64,000 nt of DNA from Octopus sinensis (lineage: Eukaryota). Every line of letters starts with the position of its first letter. Position 1 is the stretch's first letter. Under the pieces are notes generated by a model. The model worked only from the letters and a program-made list of their open reading frames with translations, was not told the DNA's origin and did no database searches. Made by a program: the position numbers and the translations under genes. Positions 13,846-26,200 of this stretch are shown here, piece by piece. The stretch spans positions 13,578,001-13,642,000 of the forward strand of contig NC_043022.1 of the NCBI RefSeq assembly GCF_006345805.1, read 5' to 3'.

Positions 13846-14251
13846 TATTCTGCATTCAAGATTTCCTTTATTTCCTGTAAAATACCAACTCATTCAGTGC
13901 TTTTAGGTTTGTTGACAAAAAATGTTCTCGTATTCCAAAAGCTATTATTTAGCATAATAAAAGATGGTGTTTGTTGTCAGTGGCCACTGAGCATAATAGT
14001 AAACAGCCTCAGCTAGAATTTGAGAGGTACAAGATCCGATGCCCTACAGCGGCTTCCTGGCCACATTTTTCCATCTTCTAAGGGTATTTCCCCTATCTTC
14101 AAAGCTGTTTTCACAGCTTCTCTTTGTTCAAAATTCCCTTTATTTTCTGTAATATATGTGTGTGTGTGTGTTCATATCTGTCCCCCCCCACATCACTTGA
14201 CAACCAGTGTTGGTTTATTTATGTTCCCGTAACTTAGCAATTTGGCTTTAA

Positions 14252-14470
14252 CCCATTAGTATTTAAACCAGCCATATCCGGCCAAAATAGTTAATCTGTT
14301 TTATGTTCAAACTGACCAGATCCAGGCCCTCACACCTACCCTACAATGTTATTCTACATTAAGTAATTACACCATCAAGATCTTGAAGAAAAGAGATAAT
14401 GCATGATTAATTCAAATCAATGGGAATCAATAGGCATTATGTTTGATTGAATAATCTGAACACTAAAGGG
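14252..14470. mobile_element. piggyBac-type MITE (TTAA target duplication, CCC...GGG ends)
   Basis: TTAA|CCCATTAGT ... ACTAAAGGG|TTAA; the same family occurs inverted at 39971-40188. Confidence 0.8.
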
Positions 14471-15307
14471 TTAAGACACCAATACAAAGTACCGGGCATA
14501 AAAATAAGCTGCAATCCTATGACTGACACAAGTAAAAGAAGGTGAAAGTAGTGCTTTGCTAGAGGCATGCTATTTGCAAACAATGTGTAGTTGTACCAAA
14601 ATCAGAGGAGTAAACCAGTGGGTGGGAGTTAGGGTTACATGAGTATGGAGGGAGAGTGAGAGATGGCTATCAATAGGGACGTGGGTGGAGGATGATGATA
14701 AGAATGATAGATGGATGGATGTAAACTGAGATTAGCTCAGAGGAGGGGAGAATGGAATGTGGCTGCATAGAAATGGTTTGTGGTTTACAGGTGAGGTTCT
14801 GATTTAACTGACTTACAGCAGGAGAGTAATACGGTAGTGAGGAGAGAGATGAGGGGATAAGTAACATGGAGATGGGGATAAACGGTGCCAGGGTGTTGGG
14901 AGCTTGTTTATGAGGGATGAATAAAACAAGTACGAGGCTGAATGATGATGGAAATAGGGATGGGGTGGTTGATATTCTTTTGCTTGTTTCAGTCATTTGA
15001 CTGTGGCCATGCTGGGGCACCACCTTTAGTCGAGCTAATTGACCCCAGGACTTATCTATATATATATATATATAATATATATATATATATACTTTTTGTG
15101 TCTAGTACCTACAGTCTCTTACTGAACTGCTAAGTTATGGAAACATAAACAAACCAACACAGGTTACCAAGCAGAGGGGAAGGTAAACACACAAACACAT
15201 ACATATACAAATGCCGACATACACAATGGGCTTCTTTCAGTTTACATCTAGCAAATACACCCAGAAGCTCTTGGTTGGCCTGGGGCTATAATAGAAGATG
15301 CCACAAA

Positions 15308-15545
15308 GGTAGCGAGCTGGCAGAAACGTAAGCATGCCGAGCAAAATGCTTAGCGGTATTTTGTCTGCCATTACGTTCTGAGTTCAAATTCTGCCAAGGT
15401 CGACTTTGCCTTTCATCATTTTGGGTTTGATTAAATAAGTAGCAGTTACGCTCTGGGGTTGATGTAATCGACTTAATCCCTTTGTCTGTCCTTGTTTGTT
15501 CCCTCTATGTTTAGCCCCTTGTGGGTAGTAAAGAAATAAGAAGAT
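15308..15545 (+). mobile_element. Family B SINE
   Basis: GCGAGCTGGCAGAAACG head through GTAGTAAAGAAATA tail. Confidence 0.85.
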
Positions 15546-15649
15546 ACCACAAAATAGAACTGAAACCAGAACTATGTGGTTGGGAAGCAGACTTCTTGAC
15601 CATGGAGTAACACCTACACCCATAAATCTGAGACATAAAAATAATCATC

Positions 15650-16212
15650 ATCATCATCGTTTAATGTCCGTTTTCCGCGCTAGCACGGGTTGGACGGTTC
15701 GACCGGGGTTCTGGGAAGCCAGGGGCTGCACCAGGCTCCAGTCTGATCTGGCAGTGTTTCTACAGCTGGATGCCCTTCCTAACGCCAACCACTCCGCGAG
15801 TGTAGTGGGTACTTTTTACATGCCACCGGAACAGGTGCCAGGGGAGGCTGGCATCGGCCACGATCAGTTGGTGCTTTTAGCGTGTCACTGGTACGGAAGC
15901 CAGTCAAGGCGGCGCTGACATCAGCCACATTCGGATGGTGCTTTTTACGTGCCACCGGCACAGGTGCCTGGGGTGTCTGGCATCGGCCACAATCAGTTGG
16001 TATTTTTAACATGTCACCGGCACGGAAGCCAGTCAAGGCGGCGCTGGCATAGGCCACGTTCGGATGGTGCTTTTTATGTGTTACCGGCACAGGTGCCAGG
16101 GGAGTCTGGCATCGGCCACGATCAGTTGGTGCTTTTAGCGTGTCACCGGCACGGAAGCCAGTCAAGGCGGCGCTGGCATCGGCCACGTTCGGAAGGTGCT
16201 TTTTATGTGCCG
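15650..16212 (-). mobile_element. (GAT)n-tailed RTE LINE 3' UTR with three 129-bp internal tandem repeats
   Basis: CATCATCGTTTAATGTCC start; repeat units begin at 15822, 15951 and 16080. Confidence 0.85.
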
Positions 16213-16411
16213 TTGAAAATAATCTTTATCATTGATTTTGATTATATTTTCAAAAGTTTTTTTATTTTCTGTGGATAAAAACATTTATGCCTGTCTCTCT
16301 ATGTCCTGTATTTCCATGTTTCCGAGAATCTATTTAACTTAAATATTTTCTGATGACTTTTGCAGATGGAGATTTTAGTTTGAAACTGGTTCTGGACTTT
16401 ATTCAGCAGCC

Positions 16412-16517
16412 ATGGCCACTAGTACGTCATCAGTCTCCGCTGACACAACCAAAGATAAAAGTGCTAAAATACTCCATGGAATCCTTTCAAAACCATCGAA
16501 GGCTGTTTCTGTCTCAG
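16412..16517 (+). CDS. Zinc-finger protein, first coding exon (exon spans 16366-16517): MATSTSSVSADTTKDKSAKILHGILSKPSKAVSVS
   Basis: Acceptor TTTTGCAG|16366, strong Kozak context GCAGCCATGG, in-frame upstream TAG, donor CAG|GTAATT. The 106 coding nt end in phase 1, matching the phase-1 acceptor at 20144 (G+AT = Asp). Absent from the ORF track. Confidence 0.75.
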
Positions 16518-16674
16518 GTAATTATTCTTCACTTTTGTTCACTGTATTTCCCTGCATACAATTCAATGTAGCACATGGCATAAACATGTAAACATCACCT
16601 CTATCGTCCTTAATACTTCTGCATTTTACAAGCAGTTTTTGGTCCTCCAAAGATGTTTCCTTATGAGTACACTG

Positions 16675-17270
16675 AAGGCGCATGGCTTATTGGTTAGGGT
16701 TTTCAGCTCACGATTGTAAGGTCAGCAGTTCAATTCTCGGCAACGCATTGTGTCCTTCAGCAAGGCTCTTTCACATTGCTCCAGTCCACTCACCTGGCAA
16801 AAAATGAGTTCATCATCGTTTAGCGTCCGCTTTCCATGCTAGCATGGGTTGGACAGTTCAACTGGGGTCTGGGAAGCCAGATGGCTGCGCCAGGCCCAGT
16901 CTGATCTGGCAGTGTTTCTACGGCTGAATGCCCTTCATAACGCCAACCACTCCGTGAGTGTAGTGGGTGCTTTTTACGTGACACCTGCACAGGTGCCAGA
17001 CGAGGCTGGCAAACGGCCACGATCGTATGGTGCTTTTTAGCATGCCACCAGCACAGGTGCCAGACGAGGCTGGCAAAGGCCACAATCAGATGGTGCATTT
17101 TACGTGCCACCGACACGGAGACCAGTCGGGGCGGCGCTCAAAGGACCAGCCTTGTCACCATCTGTGTCACACTGAATCTCCCTGAAAACTACATTAAGGG
17201 TTACACATGTCTGTGAAGTGCTTAACCACTTAATTTCACGAGCAGGCTGTTCAATTGATTGGATCGACTG
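16675..17270 (+). mobile_element. Family C CORE-type SINE interrupted by a minus-strand (GAT)n-tailed element (~16811-17140)
   Basis: Head GGCGCATGGCTTATTGGTTAGGG and the body at 17140-17270 match the intact copy at 51011-51333; the insert begins TCATCATCGTTTAGCGTCC. Confidence 0.75.
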
Positions 17271-17512
17271 GAACCAAACCAGAATGCTATTTGTCTGAGT
17301 TGACCTACCGTTTTTTACTGTACATCTTGGTTTGGGAAATTTGATTTGAATGCCAGAAAACACTGTTCTATTTTTTACACTCTCTGTTTTTTTCATCCAT
17401 CTGTCTCATGTGAAAATCATTGTTGAAACAGAAAACTTCTTTTAACCTCCATTACTATTTTGCATTCAAAATTATTTCAACGGCATTATGCATTCAAGGG
17501 GAAAAAGTTAAT

Positions 17513-17850
17513 GTAGCAGGAGTGGCTGTGTGGTAAGTAGCTTGGGCAAGTGTCTTCTGCTATAGCCCCGGGCCAACCAATGCCTTGTGAGTGAATTTGG
17601 TAGACGGAAACTGAAAGAAGCCCGTCGTATATATGTATATATGTGTGTGTCTGTGTTTGTCCCCCTAGCATTGCTTGACAACCGATGCTGGTGTGTTTAC
17701 GTCCCCGTCACTTAGCGGTTCGGCAAAAAGAGACCGACAGAATAAGTACTAGGCTTACAAAGAATAAGTCCCAGGATCGATTTGCTCGACTAAAGGCGGT
17801 GCTCCAGCATGGCCGCAGTCAAATGACTGAAACAAGTAAATGAGTAGCAG
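17513..17850 (+). mobile_element. Family A SINE with internal deletion
   Basis: Head joined directly to CTTGGGCAAGTG; full 3' half. Confidence 0.85.
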
Positions 17851-18324
17851 AGAATCAGATGATTTTCATAGGTTTATAAAGGATTTAGGGAGTTACAAAG
17901 GGGGCATGATAACTTCTTTGATTTTATAAACTTTTGAGTGAATCCCCTAGCCTTATATGGTCTTTACTTTATCATGGTTACAATACGCAATCGTTTGCAC
18001 TCTCAGGTAAACTTAGTCACTGTGTGATATTTCTTGGTAGCAACCGTGAATATGGCGTTACAACTGCAAATGTCACCTTATTACCTCCCTTGACTATTAA
18101 CTTCCCACCATGTTTCTTACTTTAAAACTGATCAAAAATTTGTTTTACTCTGTGTCTTTCTTACATCTTGCACAAATCTGACACGACAGGAATTATTTCT
18201 AGTTGTGTGTGACCCATTGTTTTATGTTAGATTAAAATGAATATTTGATTTTAGCTATTTTTAGTTCTCCTTACATTATATACAACAAACCACAGACATG
18301 AAATTTCGACACAGTTTGTGTATA

Positions 18325-18721
18325 CTATTTACTCTTTTATTTGTTTCAGTCATTTGACTGCGGCCATGCTGGAGCACCGCCTTTAGTCGAGCAAATCGAC
18401 CCCGGGACTTATTCTTTGTAAGCCCAGTACTTATTCTATCGGTGTCTTTTGCCGAACCGCTAAGTGACGGGGACGTAGACACACCAGCATCGTTGGTCAA
18501 GCAATGCTAGGGGGACAAACACACACACACACACGCATATATATATATACATATATACGACAGGCTTCTTTCAGTTTCCGTCTACCAAATCCACTCACAA
18601 GGCATTGGTCGGCCCGGGGCTATAGCAGAAGACACTTGCCCAAGATGCCACGCAGTGGGACTGAACCTGGAACCATGTGGTTGGTTAGCAAGCTACTTAC
18701 CACACAGCCACTCCTGCACCT
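18325..18721 (-). mobile_element. Family A SINE, full length
   Basis: Reverse complement of the 18904 copy. Confidence 0.9.
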
Positions 18722-18903
18722 ATACAGATATTGTTTAATGAATTTTAACATTTTTGTTATTGGAATGTCTGTGAGATTCTCTTGCATAAGTTCTTCATTC
18801 GTTACAAACTGTTCAGTAATAACAGTTAATTTTTGAATGACTGTAAGAAAATAACCGTTCAAGTATTTTCCTCTGAAATGATTGAATAAAAAAAAAAACT
18901 AAA

Positions 18904-19283
18904 GGCGCAGGAGTGGCAGTGTGGTAAGTAGCTTGCTTACGAACCACATGGTTCCGGGTTCAGTCCCACTGCGTGGCACCTTGGGCAAGTGTCTTCTACT
19001 ATAGCCTCGGGCTGACCATAGCCTTGTGAGTAGATTTGGTAGACGGAATCTGAAAGAAACCCGTCATATATATGTGTGTGTGTGTGTCTGTGTTTGTCCC
19101 CCCAACATCGCTTGACAACCGATGCTGGTGTGTTTACGTCCCCGTAACTTAGCGGTTCAGCAAAAAGAGACCGATAAAATAAGTACTGGGCTTACAAAGA
19201 ATAAGACCTGGGGTCAATTTGATCGACTAAAGGCGGTGCTCCAGCATGGCCACAGTCACATGACTGAAACAAGTAAAAGAATA
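18904..19283 (+). mobile_element. Family A SINE, full length
   Basis: GGCGCAGGAGTGG head to AAGTAAAAGA tail. Confidence 0.9.
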
Positions 19284-19612
19284 TCTGAAAGTTGTCTAGG
19301 TTACTTATGTATTTTGTGAGAGATTGAGGTGAAAACAACGATAGACAGATAGATACACGTCATTGATTGGTTGAAATTACCGAAATACGACAACTTTAAC
19401 AAGAAGTAACTTCCAAAATACAAAATTTTCTCAACAACACCAAGAGTAAAAGATGTCTCATGTGACACATTCTACCAGTGTCTGAAGTTTGAAAGTGTTT
19501 AGTTACAAAAAATTATTTCTTAAATCTGTCGATCAAAAGGTAAAGATCCCGAATGTTGTAATAAATCAATGCTGGCTACAATTTCTATTGAAATCTGTAA
19601 AGATAACTTTAA

Positions 19613-20079
19613 CCCTTTTGTTACCAACCCGGTTGAAACCGGCTCTGTTGTACAAATGTCTTGTTTTCTTAAGGTTTCAATTAAAATCTTCCACCAAACC
19701 TTAGTCACAATTTATGTTCCTAACACTAGCTTAATGATAACAAAGTTATTTTACTAAATCCTTTGTTACATTTAAAATCAATTGAAAGAAACACAGAGCA
19801 TCTCAACAGAAATATGGTAACGAAAGGGTTAAAATATATAATAGAGAAACAATTCTTAACTCATTTGATACCAACCCAGCTGAAACTGCCTCTGGCTCTG
19901 AGTACAAATGTCTTGTTTTCATAAGTTTTGAATTAAAATCTTCCATCAAACCTTAGTCACAATTTATGTTCCTAACACTAGCTGAATGATAACTAAGTTA
20001 TTTTACTAAATTATTTGTTATATTTAAAGTAATTGAAAGAAACACAGAACATCTCAAAATAAATACAGTAACGAAAGGG
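19613..20079. mobile_element. Two adjacent piggyBac-type MITEs (19613-19828 and 19860-20079)
   Basis: TTAA|CCCTTTTGTTACC ... GGTAACGAAAGGG|TTAA; the two bodies are near-identical. Confidence 0.8.
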
Positions 20080-20143
20080 TTAACAAGTGAATGTTATTTA
20101 ACTTTATATTTAGTTTCCTTTTTTTACTTTTACTTTGATCTAG

Positions 20144-20992
20144 ATGTTTCCTCTGAAAATGCAGAAAAGAAAAGGGGACTTCGGAGAAAATTGGAGAGAA
20201 ACGTGAATTCAGTCTATGCCAAGCGGTCGCTGTCGGATGCGAAACAAGAAAGTGTCACAAAGAAATTCAAGAAAACGAAAAGAGACAAATCTTATAATTC
20301 CCAAACCTCAAAGAACACACCTTCCCGCAGCACTTCGACATCCTCCAGGAGGCTCTCATCTGAGAAGAAGAATTCCGACAGACAACATTGGTTGGGTAGC
20401 AGAGTCACAGAGAACAACAAAACCGGCAAAATGCCACCATCGTCCGCAGAGAACAAACAGGAGAAATCCAACGATGACGAAAAGTTCTACTATTATTTTG
20501 AGACACAATCATGTCATATCACAGAAGAGAAAGGTACCAAATTATATGGATGCGAGGTGTGCAAAGGTGTTTACCGTTATGCTTTCAGTCTGAAGCGCCA
20601 CTTTCTTCGGAACCATATAAACGTTAAGTATTTATCGGAGGCTGACATTTCAAACTGCATGATCAATGTTGCCCAGCAAGACTTGATTGCTAGGCGTCAT
20701 GCGTCGGGCAAGCGCCTGAAGAGCAACTGTGCTGCAGCTGGTAGCCCTCGCGTCTCGATGCAGGCTAACTTTGTATCAAAAAGTGTGAGTCAATCAGAAC
20801 TGTATCGGTGCAGCCTTTGCAGCGAACTCTTTGACTATAAAGAAGATCTTGTAGAACACACGCATAACCACATGACTGCTCCACCGACTGTAGCGCCTAT
20901 GGCTCCTGTTAAGGCTCAGCTTGCGTGTGAAATTTGTGGTATGAAGTTCACCTACAAACAGAACTTGATACGGCACCAGGCTGTCCATTCCG
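20144..20992 (+). CDS. Zinc-finger protein, second coding exon (849 nt, phase 1-1, three C2H2 fingers)
   Basis: Polypyrimidine tract plus TAG|20144 and donor CCG|GTAAGT at 20993. Fingers are CEVC..HFLRNH, CSLC..HTHNH and CEIC..HQAVH. The HSG linker continues as NLPFQC in the next exon. Confidence 0.9.
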
Positions 20993-21019
20993 GTAAGTTC
21001 TGTTCACTTGTTCACTTGG

Positions 21020-21512
21020 TTGTGTGTGTGTTTGTGTGTGTATGTGAGAGAGAGAGAGAGAGAGAGAGTGTGTGTGTCTGTGAGAGAGAGAGTGTGTGTG
21101 TGTGTGAGAGAGAGAGTGTGTGTGTGAGAGAGAGTGTGTGTGAGAGAGAGTGCGTGTGTGTGTGTGAGAGAGAGAGAGAGTGTGTGTGTGTGTGTGAGAG
21201 GGAGAGAGAGTGTGTGTGAGTGAGAGAGAGAGTGTGTCTGTGAGAGAGAGAGTGTGTGTGTGAGAGAGAGAGAGTGTGTGTGAGAGAGGGAGAGAGTGTG
21301 TGAGTGAGAGAGAGTGTGTGTGTCTGAGAGAGAGAGTGTGTGTCTGTGAGAGAGAGAGTGTGTGTGAGAGAGGGAGAGAGAGTGTGTGTCTGTGAGAGAG
21401 AGAGTGTGTGTGAGAGAGGGAGAGAGAGAGTGTGTGTCTGTGAGAGAGAGAGAGTGTGTGAGAGAGGGAGAGAGAGTGTGTGTGTGTGAGTGAGAGAGAG
21501 TGTGTGTGTGTA
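21020..21512. repeat. Compound (GA)n/(GT)n satellite
   Basis: Alternating GAGA/GTGT blocks; source of the CERERE and HTLSLS pseudo-ORFs. Confidence 0.95.
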
Positions 21513-22835
21513 GCTGAATCACTACCAGAACTAGAGAAGTTCCAGGTATGGAAGCAAGGTCTAGAATCGAAGGGCCTTATGGTTAACCTAGCAAAAACCA
21601 AAGTCTTAGTAAGTAGGAAGGCAGACAAATCACAAATCCCTACAGGTAGATGACTCTGTTTTATTTCTAGAAAAGGCATAGGTAGAAAGTCCATAGGATG
21701 CACCTAGTGTAAGCTTTGGACACATAAGAGGCGCAGCAATATCAGAGGAAGGTTAACTGAGAAGATAGCTTTTGTGTGTGGAAGATGCACAGGGGCAATA
21801 AATGCCGAAAATGTACAGAAAATAGATTCCATCATATGCTGGGGAGGGGGGCTAGAGGTAGCAGAAAGCTTCCATTATCTAGGTAACCAAGTCAGTAGTG
21901 AAGGTGGAGGCTCCAAGAATGTAGCTGTGAGAATAAGATTAGGCTGGGCAAAGTTCAGAGAGCTCCTTCCCCTGTTGGCAGCAAAGGGCCTCTCTCTCAG
22001 AGTGAAAGGCAGATTGTTTGATGCCTGTGTGCGAACAGCCATGCTACACAGAAGGGAAACATGGGCTGTGATAGTCGAAGACATTTGTAGGCTTGAAAGA
22101 AATGAAGCCAGTATGCTTTGCTGGATGTACAATGTCAGTGTGCATGTGTCAACAGAGTGTAAGTGTCTTGAGAGAAAAGTTGGGCATAAGGGGCATCAAA
22201 TATGGTGTGCAAGAGAGATGACTGCACTAGTATGGTCATGTGATGCATATGGACGAGGATAACTGTGTAAAGAAGTGCTGATCTCTAACTGTAGAGGGAA
22301 CCCAGGAATACATGGGATGAGGTGGTGAAGCATGATCTTCAAACTCTGGACTTCACAGAAGCAATGACTAGTGACCAAAACCTTTGGCAATATGCTGTGC
22401 TTGAGAAGACCTCTCAAACCAAGTGAAATTGTGGTCATGGCTAATGTTGGTGTCACGTAACTGGCACATAAAAAGCACCTTTCAAACGTTGGGCTTCACA
22501 CATGCACACACAGACACACATACACAAACATTCACTCCTATATAATTTTTAGGTTACCTTACTGGCACCTGTGCTGGTGGCATGCGTAAAAGGATTCAAG
22601 CGGCGCGGTTGTTGCCAGTATCACCTGACTGGCCCCCGTGCCGGTGGCACGTAAAATGCACCCACTATGCTCTCGGAGTGGTTGGCGTTAGGAAGGGCAT
22701 CCAGCTGTAGAAACTCTGCCAGATCAAGATTGGAGCCTGGTGCAGCCATCTGGTTCACCAGCCCTCAGTCAAAATCGTCCAACCCATGCTAGGATGGAAA
22801 GCGGACGTTAAACAACAATGATGATGATGATGATG
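21510..22835 (+). mobile_element. 5'-truncated RTE-type LINE: RT C-terminus, Cys/His PHD-like insert, 3' UTR and (GAT)n tail
   Basis: Translation AESLPELE..GLMVNLAKTKVLVS..C..KLWTHKR..CGRC..LEVAESFHYLGNQVSSEGG..RIRLGWAKFRELLPLL..KGRLFDACVRTAMLH, followed by the tail ending GGACGTTAAAC(AAT)GATGATG; stops are present. Confidence 0.9.
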
Positions 22836-22841
22836 TATATA

Positions 22842-23238
22842 GGCGCAGGAGTGGCTGTGTGGTAAAGTAGCTTGCTAACCAACCACATGGTTCCGGGTTC
22901 AGTCCCACTGCGTGGCATCTTGGGCAAGTGTCTTCTGCTATAGCCCCGGGCCGACCAAAGCCTTGTGAGTGGATTTGGTAGACGGAAACTGAAAGAAGCC
23001 TGTCGTATATATGTATGTATATATATATGTGTGTCTGTGTTTGTCCCCCTAACATTGCTTGACAACTGATGCTGGTGTGTTTACGTCCCCGTCACTTAGC
23101 GGTTCGGCAAAAAGAGACCGATAGAATAAGTACTGGGCTTACAAAGAATAAGTCCCGGGGTCGATTTGCTCGACTAAAGGTGGTGCTCCAGCATGGCCGC
23201 AGTCAAATGAGTGAAACAAGTAAAAGAGAAAAGAGTAT
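22842..23238 (+). mobile_element. Family A SINE, full length
   Basis: Head at 22842; tail ends about 55 nt before the giant-exon acceptor. Confidence 0.9.
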
Positions 23239-23293
23239 ATAATTTTTTTGCTATTTTGTTATTATTTTTTTTTCTTTCTCTTGCTTATTTCAG

Positions 23294-26200
23294 GAAACTT
23301 GCCCTTCCAATGCGAATATTGTCAGCGGTCGTTTCCGACTCTAATCAGCAAGAAGCAACACGTTCGCATCCACGTACACAACAAGAACAAGAATAAGGTT
23401 GTCGGCACAAGTAGCAACAACAACAACAGCAGCAACAAGAACAAGACCAATAAGAACAACAGCACGCCTGTCCCCACGTCCACTACTACCACCATCACTA
23501 CTACCATTTCTGTTACCGCTGTTGATACCACCACCCTTACAAACACTGCTACTACCATGTCTACATCTACTACAACTACTACTCCCTGTAGCAGCACCAC
23601 CACCCCCGCTGCCAGCGTCGCCCCTGTGAAATCCACCAGCAGCAATCAGGCCAAAACTACATCAAGCAACTCTAGCAGCAGCAGCACTAACGACAACAAC
23701 AACAGCAGTGACGTGGCCACCACCATCGAGAGCAGTAGTAACAATAACAGCAGTAGCAGTAGTGGTGGTGGTGGTGGTGGTAGTGGTAGTAGTAGCAGTA
23801 ATAGTAGTAGTAGCAGTTCTGGTCACAGTATTAAATCAGCGTCTGTCCAATCTACGTCCAGGACGTCTACGAAAGCGGAACCGGAACCGGTGGTCGACGA
23901 CCTGCAGTGTCAGATCTGTGGCAAAGTTTTCTCTTGCTCATCATTCCTCATGAAACACATTGTGTGTATGCACAACGGTGCTATGAAGCGCAAGGCGAAC
24001 CAGAACCGAAAAGCAGCGAACAATCAAAAAGAATCCACTTCCCAAAGCATAAAACAAGAGCCTGGAACGGAAAGCCAGGCGAACCCTTCCAAAGAAAACA
24101 TAACTGCGAAACCCTCAAAACAGACCTCGAAAAAAAAGTGCAAATTCAAATACATCTGCACTGTTTGTAAACGCAAGTTCAGGTCCTACGTGCAGATGTG
24201 CAAACACAGACGTTCTGCTCATTCTAAGGTCAATGTCAGTGATAAAAATTCTGCGTTTTACGACATAGAACAAACTGATTTTGAAAACGAGTTGCTTCCA
24301 GGTGACTTTGAGGCCCCGTTCCTTGAACCAAAGGATGTCGCCGAAAACGTCGCACGGAATCTTTGTTGTTATATCGATGGCCGTGTCGATTCCTTCTCGG
24401 ATTTTAGTAAATATGTAAAAGTCAAAGGCTATACGTCTTTGTTAGAACATGATCCAGAATATTTAAAACAAGAGTCAGATGCTATTTGGTCTGAATATAA
24501 TTTCCCTTCCTCTTTCAAGACTGAAAATGAAATTTGCATATGTACAAAAAGTGAAGAATCGCCTTCTCTAAAGCATTTAAATTCTCAGGAATGTTCTCCG
24601 AAAACCTCAGTGGAAAATCCAAACGAATCAACTTGCGAATCAACTTGCCAGTTGGGTTCTCATTCTTCAAATAATCCGGAGGCTGATTCAAATCTGACGG
24701 ACAATAGCTCACCCTGTGATCAACAAACATTGACTTTAGCTACTCCTACCACATCGTTACCTGTTACAAATGTCGTTAAAAACCACTTCTTGTCCCATTG
24801 TGGCCTTGATCTTGTGAATAATGCACCCAGTTTGCATCCAGTAAATGAGGGGACAGCAAATACTGAGAATATCTGTGATAATCCTATCTACCCTCCTCTT
24901 TCTTCAGCCTCAGTTCCGTGTCTTGATTCTAGTTGTAAGTCAGAAGTTTGTCCAGGATTTCTAGCAACATGTGATGCTTCCCAGAACCCTGTACCAGTAA
25001 TTACTACGTCTGTTCCTACATTGAGTCCTCCCACTTTTTCTTGTTCTTCTGCCATACCAGAACCATCACTTTCAAAAGAAGATACAGAAAAACAAACCGT
25101 TTCATCAGGAGACCTTTCCAATGATGGCAGCAATAATAGCCATGCTGGTGTACAAGAAACACAAGAGTTTGTTTTAGATTCGGTTCCAAAACAGGTTCAT
25201 TTTCCAAGTGCCTCTGTAGTACATAAATATCCTACATGTCCCAACACATTGTGCCACACGGCTTCCTCAAATCAGGATGTTACAAATCCAGACTCATTGA
25301 AGACATGTGGTGCAAATTCTAATGAAGTCTATGCAACTGTTCTGCCAGAAGATGAGGGGCCTTGTCTTCAGTCAACCTCAAAGAACGATGACAAGAAGCC
25401 AAATGGATTACAACAGCAATCGTGTCTGCATAATTGCAGCCAGTCTTCCACCCTGCTTAAGAATTCTGAAGTGGGTAAGGTTTCCGTAGTGACACCTGCC
25501 TTTGACAGCGAAGCAACCAAAGTTAACCGAGTCCTTAAATGTGGCCAGAAAGATGTCCTCTTTAGTGGACCACACATGATGACCGCCCACATTCACGAGA
25601 GGGGTCATCTGGTTTTGGAGTTTGGTAACGAAAATGAAATATCAAAAGTTAAAAGCAGTTCCAATGTTCGCCATGAAGAGCCACAGAAAGCATTTTCTTT
25701 GAAATCTTCGAGTTCTGTTAAAAAATCTAAAAAGAACCAAAATCTTTTAGATTTCAGTATCCAGCATATCGTTAAGAGTCGTGTTGAAGATTATAAGAAG
25801 TTTATGTTAGAAAATCATATGTGGCCTATTGAAGTTAGCAGTGCCGGCCAAGTAGAAAACGGTGAAAACAAAGATTCTAACTTTATTAATTATCCCAAAT
25901 ATGACATTCCTACTAGATTAGAGAAAGTAATTGACAAAAACTACAGTGATTCCGAAAAAATTTCCACCTTTATTAAAAGTGGTCTTCTGCCTTGTGAAAA
26001 CATGAAGGACTTAGAGAATTGTTTCCGTGGCGTCTGCTTTCAGAGCTGGAACTGTGAAGTACTCAATTATGAAAAGATTGCTTTTGGTAAGCAAGGAATT
26101 GTGAATTTGATCTGTTCAGTGTGCCACAAACATTTTTTAGATTTGGATTCTTTGCTGCGACACCAACTGCATCGGCATCCCAGTATTGAGTGCAACTTTC

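Noticed and set aside
20191-21219. 342-aa ORF with a TTG start and CERERE tail as a stand-alone gene
   Set aside because: It is an internal exon (20144-20992) read through its donor into the intronic GA/GT satellite. The ATG at 20144 is out of frame and soon stops.
23248-23293. N-terminal MLFCYYFFFF of the 3587-aa ORF
   Set aside because: This is the polypyrimidine tract of the acceptor; the exon begins at 23294.
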